DNA from: Bacilli bacterium
Lineage (GTDB): Bacteria > Bacillota_I > Bacilli_A > RF39 > UBA660
Direction: 5' to 3'
DNA: 64,000 nt
NCBI GenBank assembly: GCA_022791775.1
Contig: JAAVZT010000036.1
Location: 8,335 to 72,334 of the forward strand
In this document: in pieces, positions 50,237 to 59,572 of the stretch
Numbering within the stretch: position 1 is the first letter of the stretch
Layout of the letters: every line of letters starts with the position of its first letter
Notes under the pieces: model-generated
Databases searched by the model: none
Seen by the model: only the letters and a program-made list of their open reading frames with translations
Told to the model about the DNA's origin: nothing
Made by a program: the position numbers and the translations under genes

Positions 50237-51181
50237 ATGATTAAATTTGAAAAACCAGAATATAAGATTACAGAATATCAGGAAAGTAATCACTATGGAA
50301 AGTTTGAATTAGAACCATTAGAAAGAGGTTTTGGAACTACAATAGGAAATGCCCTTCGTCGTGTTATGTTATCAAGCTTACCTGGCTCTGCAATCACAAG
50401 TGTAAAGATTGAAGGCGTTCTTCATGAATTTCAAAAGATTGATGGAGTATATGAAGATGTGACTATGATTATTTTAAATTTAAAAAATGTTGTAATTAAA
50501 AATCATAGTGAAGAAGCTAAAATTATTCGCATTTCAAAAAATACACCAGGTGAAGTTACTGCTGGAGATATTGAACATGATCCAGATATTGAAATCATGA
50601 ACCCAGATTTAGTGATTTGTACTCTTGTTGAAGGAGGAAAAATCGACATGGAAATGACTGTAAATAACGGAAGTGGATATGTAGATGCGAAAGAAAATCA
50701 AAGATTAATGGGTGAAAAAAAAGCTGGTGTAATTGCTATCGATTCATTATATGCTCCAATTGAGAGAGTTGCTTATGAAGTGGAGAATGCTCGTGTTGGA
50801 CATAATGAAAATTATGATAAGCTAATTATGCAAGTATATACAAATGGTTCTATCACTCCTGAAGAGGCAATGGCACTATCTGCTAAGATTTTAATTGAAC
50901 ATTTTAAAATTGCTGCAGACTTAAACACCATAAGTGATGTATCAGGGATCATGGCAGAAAAGAAAGTAGACACAATTACCAAGACATTAGAAACACCAAT
51001 TGAAGAAATAGAATTTTCTGTAAGAGCATATAATTGCTTAAAAAGAGCAGGAATTCATACCGTTCAAGATTTAATTTCAAAACGTGAAGTAGAAGTAACT
51101 AAAATTCGTAATTTAGGAAAGAAATCATTAAAAGAAGTCTTAGATAAAGTGGTAGAAATGGGACTTAAGTTCCGAGATTAA
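50237..51181 (+). CDS. rpoA: RNA polymerase alpha subunit
   Basis: EPLERGFGTTIGNALRRVMLSS, SVRAYNCLKRAG, RNLGKKS. Confidence 0.98.
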   Translation: MIKFEKPEYKITEYQESNHYGKFELEPLERGFGTTIGNALRRVMLSSLPGSAITSVKIEGVLHEFQKIDGVYEDVTMIILNLKNVVIKNHSEEAKIIRISKNTPGEVTAGDIEHDPDIEIMNPDLVICTLVEGGKIDMEMTVNNGSGYVDAKENQRLMGEKKAGVIAIDSLYAPIERVAYEVENARVGHNENYDKLIMQVYTNGSITPEEAMALSAKILIEHFKIAADLNTISDVSGIMAEKKVDTITKTLETPIEEIEFSVRAYNCLKRAGIHTVQDLISKREVEVTKIRNLGKKSLKEVLDKVVEMGLKFRD

Positions 51182-51193
51182 GGAGGTAAGAAT

Positions 51194-51532
51194 ATGTATA
51201 GAAAATTAAACAGAGAGACAAGAAAGAGAAGAAGTATCTTAGCAGGACTTACAAAAACCGTAATTATAAATGGATATGTTGTTACAACAGAAGCAAGAGC
51301 AAAAGAAGTTCGTAAATTTGTTGAAAAATTAATTACCTACGGAAAAAAAGGAACTTTAGTTTCAAGAAGAAAAGCACTTGCCTTTGTCCACAATGATAGC
51401 GAAGTAGTAAATAAAGTATTTAATGAATTAGCAAAAAATTATGAAAATCGAAATGGTGGTTACACTAGAATGATCAAAATAAATGAAAGACATGGCGACG
51501 ACGCTTTAGAAGTAAAATTAGAATTAGTTTAA
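51194..51532 (+). CDS. rplQ: 50S ribosomal protein L17
   Basis: TTEARAKEVR, EKLITYGK, RNGGYTR. Confidence 0.97.
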   Translation: MYRKLNRETRKRRSILAGLTKTVIINGYVVTTEARAKEVRKFVEKLITYGKKGTLVSRRKALAFVHNDSEVVNKVFNELAKNYENRNGGYTRMIKINERHGDDALEVKLELV

Positions 51533-51558
51533 GATATTCCATATGGAATGTCTTTTTT
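51531..51558 (+). terminator. Terminator of alpha operon
   Basis: AAGATATTCC-atat-GGAATGTCTT plus T tract. Confidence 0.85.
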
Positions 51559-51598
51559 AATGACTAAAAAGAATGATATAATACAAATGGTGATTCAA

Positions 51599-52264
51599 AT
51601 GGCCAAAGCAAGGAATAAAAACAATATAATATATAAAGTAGATGGTAGAACAGAATATTTATTTGCTCAAGAATACATTAGAAGAAACGAGACAAGTCTA
51701 GTTATACCATTATTAATGAAGTTGCTAGAAACAAATTATCGCTTACAAGCTGCTTTTGAAATATCTTATTATTACTTTCAGATAGATGATTTTAAAAATG
51801 CTAACCTTTATTTTCAATTAATATTAGAAGAAGATACAGATTTAAATCGGTTAAAAGCAGTTAAAAGAATGCAATTATACTTATTAACTCACGAAAAAAA
51901 ATTAGATCGATTACAAGAAGATTATATAGATAGACAAATTGTATCATATCAACAAGAAGAATTAATTAGCTTTTTAAAACAATATCGAATTGCCCAAGAA
52001 AAAAAATATGAAGAAGAAAAATTTTTTTATTTTATTCACCCAAATGAATTAATAAAAAAAGTATTGAAATATTTGGATCAAGACCAAGCAAATCATTTAC
52101 CAGGAGCTATGGATGAATATTATTTAACTATTTCGAATGTAGGAGTAATAAATGATGAGATAGCACCACTTTTAAAGGTAATAACAGTATATAAGACATC
52201 AAATATAGTAGACCTTAAACCAGCAACTTTAAATCGTCGAAAAAAAATTATTGATTGCGATTAA
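51599..52264 (+). CDS. Hypothetical protein with TPR-like N-terminal helices
   Basis: AAFEISYYYFQIDDFKNANLYFQLILE resembles a TPR motif; TGATATAAT promoter and GGTG RBS favour ATG 51599. Confidence 0.6.
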   Translation: MAKARNKNNIIYKVDGRTEYLFAQEYIRRNETSLVIPLLMKLLETNYRLQAAFEISYYYFQIDDFKNANLYFQLILEEDTDLNRLKAVKRMQLYLLTHEKKLDRLQEDYIDRQIVSYQQEELISFLKQYRIAQEKKYEEEKFFYFIHPNELIKKVLKYLDQDQANHLPGAMDEYYLTISNVGVINDEIAPLLKVITVYKTSNIVDLKPATLNRRKKIIDCD

Positions 52265-52320
52265 ATTATAATACAAAAAAGAAGAATCTGTTAAATTCTT
52301 CTTTTTCTTCTTTTTGAGAA

Positions 52321-53631
52321 TTAAGGACAAGTTGCTTTCGTGACACGAACATAGTTTATGATAATGTCATTTGCACAATTATTTCTTAAAAGAAACTCTA
52401 AACCTTGCCCGTTACCAGGGCTAGCTGATAATAATGATTCAGGAATATTAACATAATAAGATATCTTTGTATTCGTAATATTTAAAGAAAGAGTTTCATA
52501 AAAGATTTGAGGGTTATTTTGATAACAATGTATTGGCATACAGCTTTCATTCACAAAACCAGAGCCAACATATTCCACTTTATAACAACCAGCCATTGCA
52601 TAATAGTAAGGGCCATATTGATCATAACCTTTTGGTAAAATCAGTTTTTCTATCCCAGGATAATAACTAGGATTCGAACCTTTTGTGACTATGCCCCCAT
52701 TTGTAATAGTTAGATTTCCTTCTTTTTGATAGGTTTTAGAAAGCTTGGTCGATTTTCCATTATTGCCAGTTGCAACACATTCGATTTCAAATCCTCCAAT
52801 ACCACGAATAGAAATAAAATTAGTTACAATTGGTTTATCAGGAATCGTAACATTTCTACATTGTAGTTTACCACCACTTCCCCCGAATGAAGCAGTGGCA
52901 ATTTCTTCTTTAGATTCAATCTCATAAGTTCCCGCATTTTTCATGTTAATAACAGGAACCACTGTATCAATTTTATAAGTTGCTTTATTACTCCAGTTAG
53001 AATGATATCCTCCTTTAGCAACTGTTCGATAAAAGATATAATAAGTACCATCTTGTTTAAGCGTAATCTCACTTTCACTAATACCAGTAGGAATAGTATC
53101 ATCGCTAGGAATAAAATTGGTATCTGTAGAAATATAATACTCATAATGTTGAATATCATTCATAGCACTCCCAGCTTGAATAAAAGATACAGTAGGATAC
53201 TCAAATATCCAATTATCACTACCAGAAGCAACGATGGGAGGATTAATAACATTCGGTTGAAAAGTTAAAGTACATTTAGTTCTACTTTGTTTCAAAGAGC
53301 CAATATATAATCCCCAATTATCATAATCCCAAATACCTTCTGCATCGTTTGTACAAGAAACATCAACATAATAATTGTCTTTTGCAGGAAGTTCTTTCAC
53401 ACTTGTTAGATTGCCATCTGAATCTTGAATAACAAAACTTAAAATAGTATCAAAGTTTTGTTCAGGAACAGAACCTTTAATAATATTATATGTTTTTTTT
53501 TGCTCAAACAAAGCATAACTTTGATAAAGAACAATAGCTATAAGAAGGAGCATAAGAAAAATAAAAATTATCAAAATGCTTGTAGACAATATCTTTTTCT
53601 CATGAAATAATTCTAATTTCAAACAAAACAC
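52321..53631 (-). CDS. Predicted secreted/surface protein with beta-sandwich domains
   Basis: Hydrophobic N-terminus ending SYALF; FN3-like YEYY...YYIFYRTVAKGG..SNWS; C-terminal QYGPY...GCYKVEY; start could be TTG 53622. Confidence 0.7.
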   Translation of the reverse strand: MFCLKLELFHEKKILSTSILIIFIFLMLLLIAIVLYQSYALFEQKKTYNIIKGSVPEQNFDTILSFVIQDSDGNLTSVKELPAKDNYYVDVSCTNDAEGIWDYDNWGLYIGSLKQSRTKCTLTFQPNVINPPIVASGSDNWIFEYPTVSFIQAGSAMNDIQHYEYYISTDTNFIPSDDTIPTGISESEITLKQDGTYYIFYRTVAKGGYHSNWSNKATYKIDTVVPVINMKNAGTYEIESKEEIATASFGGSGGKLQCRNVTIPDKPIVTNFISIRGIGGFEIECVATGNNGKSTKLSKTYQKEGNLTITNGGIVTKGSNPSYYPGIEKLILPKGYDQYGPYYYAMAGCYKVEYVGSGFVNESCMPIHCYQNNPQIFYETLSLNITNTKISYYVNIPESLLSASPGNGQGLEFLLRNNCANDIIINYVRVTKATCP

Positions 53632-53775
53632 TTCTTTCCTGTTAGAATATAAATGAAATATTTTTATATTTATATCATAAGTAAAAAGAGAGTATAAAGT
53701 GATTTTATAACACCAAAAAAGCGTTTCCGATTTTCTAGATATTTGATATACTGGAATAAGAAAAAAGGAGATAAT

Positions 53776-54891
53776 ATGAAATCAAGTAAAAAAATAATTC
53801 TAACAGGAGATCGACCTACTGGGCGTCTTCATCTAGGACATTTTGTTGGATCATTGAGAAATAGATTAGAGCTTCAAAATAAAAAGGATTATGACGAAAT
53901 GTATGTGATGATTGCAGACGCGCAAGCTTTAACGGATAATGCAGATAATCCAGAAAAAATTCGAGAAAATATTATAGAAGTAGCTTTAGATTATTTATCA
54001 ATTGGCTTGGATCCAGAAAAAATAACTATTTTCATTCAATCTCAAGTCCCAGCGCTAACAGAATTAACTTTTTACTATTCTAATTTGGTTACTGTTTCAC
54101 GTTTACAACGAAACCCAACTGTCAAAAATGAAATTAAATTGCGAAATTTTGAAGCAAATATTCCGGTAGGATTTTTTAACTATCCCATAAGTCAAGCAGC
54201 AGATATAACCGCCTTTCAAGCTAATATTGTACCTGTAGGAGAAGATCAACTTCCTATGATAGAACAAGCAAGAGAAATTGTTAGAAGTTTTAATCGTATT
54301 TACAAAGACGTGCTTATTGAACCAAAAGCTATATTGCCAACAAATAAAAATGCTCTACGTTTGCCTGGAATAGATGGGAACGCTAAAATGAGCAAGTCAT
54401 TGGGAAATGGGATTTATTTAGCTGATACGAAAGAAGAAGTGAAACGAAAAGTAATGAGTATGTATACAGATCCAAATCATGTTCATGTAGAAGATCCAGG
54501 AAATGTAGAAAATAATCCAGTATTTACATATTTAGAAGTTTTTGCAAGTGATAAAGACTTCCGTAAATATTTACCACAATATCAAAACTTAGAAGAATTA
54601 AAAATTCATTATCAAAAAGGTGGCCTTGGAGATGTGACCATTAAAAAGTTTTTATTACAAATTATAGAAAATATATTAGAGCCCATCCGTCTTCGTCGTG
54701 CAATGTATGAACAACAAATAGAAAATGTTTATGATATATTAAAAATCGGTTCTAAAAAAGCTAATATACGTGCCAATGAAACATTAAGGCTAGTAAAAGA
54801 AGCAATGGCGATTAATTACTTTGAAGATGAAGACTTAATTCAGAAACACATAAAAAAATATAATCAAAAAGAAAAAGATTCGAATGAATAA
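53776..54891 (+). CDS. trpS: Tryptophanyl-tRNA synthetase
   Basis: TGDRPTG.LHLGH, YPISQAADI, VPVGEDQ, KMSKS. Confidence 0.97.
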   Translation: MKSSKKIILTGDRPTGRLHLGHFVGSLRNRLELQNKKDYDEMYVMIADAQALTDNADNPEKIRENIIEVALDYLSIGLDPEKITIFIQSQVPALTELTFYYSNLVTVSRLQRNPTVKNEIKLRNFEANIPVGFFNYPISQAADITAFQANIVPVGEDQLPMIEQAREIVRSFNRIYKDVLIEPKAILPTNKNALRLPGIDGNAKMSKSLGNGIYLADTKEEVKRKVMSMYTDPNHVHVEDPGNVENNPVFTYLEVFASDKDFRKYLPQYQNLEELKIHYQKGGLGDVTIKKFLLQIIENILEPIRLRRAMYEQQIENVYDILKIGSKKANIRANETLRLVKEAMAINYFEDEDLIQKHIKKYNQKEKDSNE

Positions 54892-54917
54892 AAAAGAGTA
54901 TTGAATTTTCAATACTC
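54889..54917 (-). terminator. Terminator hairpin between trpS and convergent ABC operon
   Basis: GAGTATTGAA-tt-TTCAATACTC with A-run on its left (U tract on minus strand). Confidence 0.75.
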
Positions 54918-54942
54918 AAATAATTCGCTTATACATATAAAG

Positions 54943-55728
54943 CTATCTAGTAGATAGTTTTTTTTCGATAAATGCGACACATTCATAAATAAGAAAAGAC
55001 ATTACAACCAAGATAATAATACCAGCCATTACTAAATTAAGATTAAATACCTGAGTTCCATAAATAATTAAATAACCAACACCTTTTTTACTAACTAAAA
55101 ATTCTCCCATAATGACTCCAATTAAAGTCATAGAAATATTAAGTTTTAGCGAAGAAATAATCGTGTTTTTAGAGCTAGGAATAACAAGCTTTAAAAGTGT
55201 CTGTGATTTATTCGCCTGAAAAGATTTCATCAATTTCAGCTTATTTGAGTCAGTGCCTAAAAAACCATTATAAAAATTAAGAATACTAATAATCAAATTA
55301 ATCAACAGTGCCATTACAATGATAGATTTTACATTGGCACCAGTCCAAATGATAATAATGGGACCTAAAGCAACTTTTGGCAAGCTATTTAGCATTGTCA
55401 AAAAAGGTTCAATAATTTTAGCGAATAAAGGAATTTCATAGAGTAAAATAGCAATGAAAAAACCTAAACTAATTCCTAAAACAAATGATAATATTGTTTC
55501 GTAAAAAGTAGTAAAAATATGAAGAAATAAATCTCCACTATGATACAAAGTTTGCAAAGTCTCTAAAATACGTGACGGACTAGAAAAAATAAACGGGTTA
55601 ATTATTTTATACTTAGCCAAATATTCCCACAATAAAAGAAAACTAATAATAATTAAGATCTGACTTCCTAAAACAATGAACTTATTTCTTTGATAACGTT
55701 TTAAAAATTGCTTTTGTTCCTTAGACAT
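54943..55728 (-). CDS. ABC transporter permease (YtlD/SsuC-like)
   Basis: FIFSSPS, NSLPKVALGPII, GVIMGEFL..KKGVGYLI. Confidence 0.88.
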   Translation of the reverse strand: MSKEQKQFLKRYQRNKFIVLGSQILIIISFLLLWEYLAKYKIINPFIFSSPSRILETLQTLYHSGDLFLHIFTTFYETILSFVLGISLGFFIAILLYEIPLFAKIIEPFLTMLNSLPKVALGPIIIIWTGANVKSIIVMALLINLIISILNFYNGFLGTDSNKLKLMKSFQANKSQTLLKLVIPSSKNTIISSLKLNISMTLIGVIMGEFLVSKKGVGYLIIYGTQVFNLNLVMAGIIILVVMSFLIYECVAFIEKKLSTR

Positions 55729-56467
55729 TCACATCCAAATCCTTCCATAGTAAATCATAGTAATAAGAAAATTCTGGAGCTTTTCGGTTTTCTATTGGAT
55801 TGGATGCTTGAGTTAAAGCAATTGCATAAACATTTTTTATAACACACGGACGTTTCGATAAAACAATAATTCGATCAGACATTGCTATCGCTTCTGAAAG
55901 ATCATGAGTTACCATAATAGCCGTTTTTTTCTCTTGCTTCAAAATTCGAAATACATCGTCGCTTACTGCCAAACGAGATTGATAATCCAAAGCAGAAAAA
56001 GGCTCATCCAAAAGTAAAATATCAGGTTTTAAAGCAAGAGTTCGAATTAAAGCACACCTTTGCTTCATTCCTCCAGATAATTCATTTGGATACTTGTATG
56101 CAAACTCCCACAAACCATATGTTTTTAAAAGAGATATAACATAATCTTGATTTTCTTTCGTATCTTGTTTTTTGATTTTAAGACCTAACATAGCATTTTC
56201 TAAAATATTAAGCCAAGGAAATAAAGAATCGGTCTGTAACATATATCCAATACTACAATTATCTTTTAATTGTATATTTCCAAAACTTTTCTTTTCTAAT
56301 CCTGATAAAATGCTTAATAAAGTAGATTTACCACATCCAGATGGCCCTACGATTGAAATGAATTCTCCTTCATTCACGTCAAAAGATATATTTGAAATAG
56401 CTTCAATCTCACCATCTAGTGTATGGTAAATTTTTTTTATATTTTGTACATTTAAAATATTATTCAT
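55721..56467 (-). CDS. ABC transporter ATP-binding protein (YtlC/SsuB-like)
   Basis: GPSGCGKST, LSGGMKQR, LLLDEPFSALD. Confidence 0.92.
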   Translation of the reverse strand: MNNILNVQNIKKIYHTLDGEIEAISNISFDVNEGEFISIVGPSGCGKSTLLSILSGLEKKSFGNIQLKDNCSIGYMLQTDSLFPWLNILENAMLGLKIKKQDTKENQDYVISLLKTYGLWEFAYKYPNELSGGMKQRCALIRTLALKPDILLLDEPFSALDYQSRLAVSDDVFRILKQEKKTAIMVTHDLSEAIAMSDRIIVLSKRPCVIKNVYAIALTQASNPIENRKAPEFSYYYDLLWKDLDVNV

Positions 56468-57455
56468 GACTAATATTACGCACTAATGTATCATAAGGAA
56501 CGTATTCTTTAATCAAATCATTATCAAGCATAATATCTTCTAAATTTCTAAATATTTCTTCGCTAATAAATCCATTTGGTAACCAACTATCATAATCTTT
56601 ATATCGTTTTACGATAGTTTTTAAATTATTTACACTAGAATCAGGAAATTGTGGTGCAATGACTTTTGCTATTTCTTCCTCATTATGATCTTTTACATAT
56701 ATAATACCTTTCTCTAGTGCTCTTGTAAATTTTTCCAAAATATCTTTATGTTCATTAAAATAACTAAGTTGTGTATAAAAAGCCGTATAAGGAACACTTC
56801 CTGATTTTTCTCCAACACTTGCTACAACTTTCCCATAACCTTCGCTTTCAAGTTTGGTAGCATTAGGTTCAAATAAATTAACATAATCTCCAATACCCGC
56901 AATATAACTTCCAGAAAGTGCAGCAAATTCTACCGAGTAATTTAAATTTACTTCAGCTGGATCAATTCCTGCATTTTTAAGTGCATTTAAGAAATTTAAA
57001 GCAGGCATTCCCCCTTTTCGACCAACCAATACTTCTTTCCCTTTTAAATCATTCCAATTAAATTCTTGTTCATCTTTTCCTACTATAAATTGTCCATCTC
57101 GTTTCGTAAGACCCGCAAAGGTAACTAGATAATCTTCTTCTCCACCATTATATACATAAATGGCACTTTCTGGACCAGCAAATCCAATTTGAACATCTCC
57201 AGACAAAACAGCAGCCGCAACTTTATCTGCTCCGCTAGTTAAAATAAGATCAATAGCTATTCCTTCATCTTTAAAATACCCATTTTCCATTGCAACATAT
57301 AGTGGAGCATAAAAAGCACTATGAGTAACCTCACTTAACTTAATTTCTACTAAATCTGCTTCTGTTTTTTGCCTATTATTCCACAAATGATAACCAATTA
57401 ATACCATCACAATTACTAATATTCCAATTAAAATTTCAATTAATCTTTTTTTCAA
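56460..57455 (-). CDS. ABC substrate-binding protein (YtlA/SsuA/THI5-like)
   Basis: EVTHSAFYAPLYVA..GYF..EG, LTKRDG, GRKGGMP, FEP, YTAF. Confidence 0.88.
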   Translation of the reverse strand: MKKRLIEILIGILVIVMVLIGYHLWNNRQKTEADLVEIKLSEVTHSAFYAPLYVAMENGYFKDEGIAIDLILTSGADKVAAAVLSGDVQIGFAGPESAIYVYNGGEEDYLVTFAGLTKRDGQFIVGKDEQEFNWNDLKGKEVLVGRKGGMPALNFLNALKNAGIDPAEVNLNYSVEFAALSGSYIAGIGDYVNLFEPNATKLESEGYGKVVASVGEKSGSVPYTAFYTQLSYFNEHKDILEKFTRALEKGIIYVKDHNEEEIAKVIAPQFPDSSVNNLKTIVKRYKDYDSWLPNGFISEEIFRNLEDIMLDNDLIKEYVPYDTLVRNISHE

Positions 57456-57483
57456 AAAAAACCCTCCTTCTAAGTTTCCATGA

Positions 57484-57513
57484 TATTATATGCAACCCAA
57501 AAGGCAGTGTGAA
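57484..57513 (-). promoter_or_regulatory. Promoter of the ABC operon, readable as sigma-A or sigma-K type
   Basis: Minus strand TTCACA-17-TATAAT, also AC-16-CATATAATA. Confidence 0.65.
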
Positions 57514-57616
57514 TGGAAGAAAAAAATTCCTATTTTGTCAAAATATAAAATTTAGCTTCTTTACAAGACAAAACAAGTTTGCTATAATTGTCACATAATA
57601 AAAGGGAGTGGCTAAT

Positions 57617-58735
57617 ATGAAAACATTAACGCCGGAAGTAAATGAGTTACTAGATAAGCTTTATAATTTACGTGGAGAAGATAGTATCATTCTAGTTGAA
57701 ATGGAAAAACAAAAAAATAAAGCCGAAGAAACAAAAGAAAGAACTACGAATCAAAAGAAGGATTTACAAAAGAAAATTTCAGAATTAGAAAAATTACATG
57801 AAGAATTAGATGAACAAGGTGAAAAATTAAAAGAAGTATTATCTGGAATAAACCGTGATGAATACAAAACTGTTTTAGATCGTTTACGTATTGATTTTAA
57901 TCCAAAAGCCTTAGTGGAAAAGTTAGATCATTCTTTACCTAGAACAATTGATTCAGTAAAAGATGATACCAAAAAAGCAGAAGATCAACTCGTTAAAGTA
58001 GAAGAAGAGATGAATAATGCAATTACCACGATTGAAGAATTGGGATTAAGAAAAGATGCAGCCTTATCAAATCAAGAAAAATTAAATGAGTATTTTGAAT
58101 TAGCTTTAACGGGTCGAATTAATATTACAAGAGATTCTATAACTAGCTTATTAGAACAATTTAGTTTTTCAGAAGAAGATCAAAGAGAAGCAGCAAAGCT
58201 ATTGATGTTCCCAGAAGATGCATTATTTACATATGATGAAAAAGTAAAATCAAAAGAGAAATCAGGTAAATCTATTTCTGAAGTAATTGCTGAGGCAAAA
58301 ACTGCTAGCATAGAAGAATCTCACATCGAAGAAAAGGAAGAACCAGTTCAAGTAGAAATGGAAACTAAGCTTGATCCAAAAGAAGAAATGATTCAAACTT
58401 TAAAAGAATTTGGTATAGATTATCTTGATTTTAAACCAAATGAAATTGATCAATTAATTGCAAACTTTAATGTTGAAACGATAAAAGCAAATCTTAATTT
58501 ATTGAATAAAAAAGGAATAGGCTTAGACATGCTTCAATGCCACATCGAAATCATGTATGACAAAGATTTAAAAGAAAAAATTGATTTATTAGCAAAAGTT
58601 GGAAAAGAAATGGTTGATATTTACTTAAACCCCAATATTTTAACAAAATATACAAAAGAGGAACTAAATCGTGCCATCGATAATATTAAAGCGAATGGTT
58701 TAGATCCACATGAAGTTCCATTAATGGCATATTAA
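57617..58735 (+). CDS. Hypothetical coiled-coil protein with C-terminal helical repeats of about 32 aa
   Basis: Promoter TTTACA-17-TATAAT; GGGAG RBS favours ATG 57617; heptad-rich N-half; four hxxLxxxG repeats. Confidence 0.75.
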   Translation: MKTLTPEVNELLDKLYNLRGEDSIILVEMEKQKNKAEETKERTTNQKKDLQKKISELEKLHEELDEQGEKLKEVLSGINRDEYKTVLDRLRIDFNPKALVEKLDHSLPRTIDSVKDDTKKAEDQLVKVEEEMNNAITTIEELGLRKDAALSNQEKLNEYFELALTGRINITRDSITSLLEQFSFSEEDQREAAKLLMFPEDALFTYDEKVKSKEKSGKSISEVIAEAKTASIEESHIEEKEEPVQVEMETKLDPKEEMIQTLKEFGIDYLDFKPNEIDQLIANFNVETIKANLNLLNKKGIGLDMLQCHIEIMYDKDLKEKIDLLAKVGKEMVDIYLNPNILTKYTKEELNRAIDNIKANGLDPHEVPLMAY

Positions 58736-58746
58736 GGAGGCAAAAC

Positions 58747-59370
58747 ATGAATATTAGAAAATTAATGAATGAAACCTTAGTTGCAAATAATGGCGAATTA
58801 TCACGCGGTTTAAAAAATCAATTAAGCATTTTACCTGCTATAACAAATCAAAATTTAGAAGAGAAAATAGAGCGATTAAAAAAAGAAAATATCATGGTTT
58901 ATAGTTATTACGGTTTGCGAATTTTAGGTTTTAATTTGAGTGATATAGAAGAAGTATTAAAAGAAAATATGAGCAAAAAAGAATCCTATCAAACAAATCC
59001 TCAAGAATTAGTACGTGATATTCGAAAAAAAGAAATTGAGGAACTTGGAAGCAGCTTAAAAGAAGATATGATTTCAAATTCAATGAACTATTTAGAAAAG
59101 TTTGAATTTACTAAAGACCAAATGTTATATTTAGACCAAAATACTTCTAGAACTTTAATCGATACCATGAATCAAAATCAAAAATTAATATCTGCAAATT
59201 TAAAATATCTATTTGATCTAGGAGTAACAAATTATCGAGAAATATTCTTAGAATATTATGATTTGTTTTTATTAGATAATAGCACTTTTGTCGGAATTTT
59301 TAATAAATACGATCGAGAAGATTTGGTAGATAAATTAGAAAAAAATGCAGCAATTATAGAGTATTTATAA
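58747..59370 (+). CDS. Hypothetical helical-repeat protein (207 aa)
   Basis: AAGGAGG RBS; starts 11 bp after previous gene; NYLEKFEF and NLKYLFDLGV motifs. Confidence 0.75.
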   Translation: MNIRKLMNETLVANNGELSRGLKNQLSILPAITNQNLEEKIERLKKENIMVYSYYGLRILGFNLSDIEEVLKENMSKKESYQTNPQELVRDIRKKEIEELGSSLKEDMISNSMNYLEKFEFTKDQMLYLDQNTSRTLIDTMNQNQKLISANLKYLFDLGVTNYREIFLEYYDLFLLDNSTFVGIFNKYDREDLVDKLEKNAAIIEYL

Positions 59371-59395
59371 GAAAGTGAAAAAAACTTTCTTTTTT
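59369..59395 (+). terminator. Terminator after the two-gene operon
   Basis: AAGAAAGT-gaaaaaa-ACTTTCTT plus T tract. Confidence 0.7.
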
Positions 59396-59572
59396 AATTT
59401 CTAAAATATTTAAACTGTAAAATAACCGTCGAATAATGATTAAATAAGGTTTATTAAAGAAAAAAATATAAATGACTTATTTAATATATATTTTTTATTT
59501 AAAAGAAATATAAAAGAAGATTTTTTTTATAATTATTATTTGATATAATTGAGAAAAGAAATAGGAGATCAT

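Noticed and set aside
52670-52680. GGTTCGAATCC (tRNA T-loop motif) on the minus strand
   Set aside because: Only a 3-bp flanking stem, no acceptor, D or anticodon arms; it encodes KGSNP inside a long ORF
59396-59540. Long AT-only stretch before pcrA as a possible origin or repeat array
   Set aside because: No DnaA boxes or periodic repeats; ordinary low-complexity intergenic DNA
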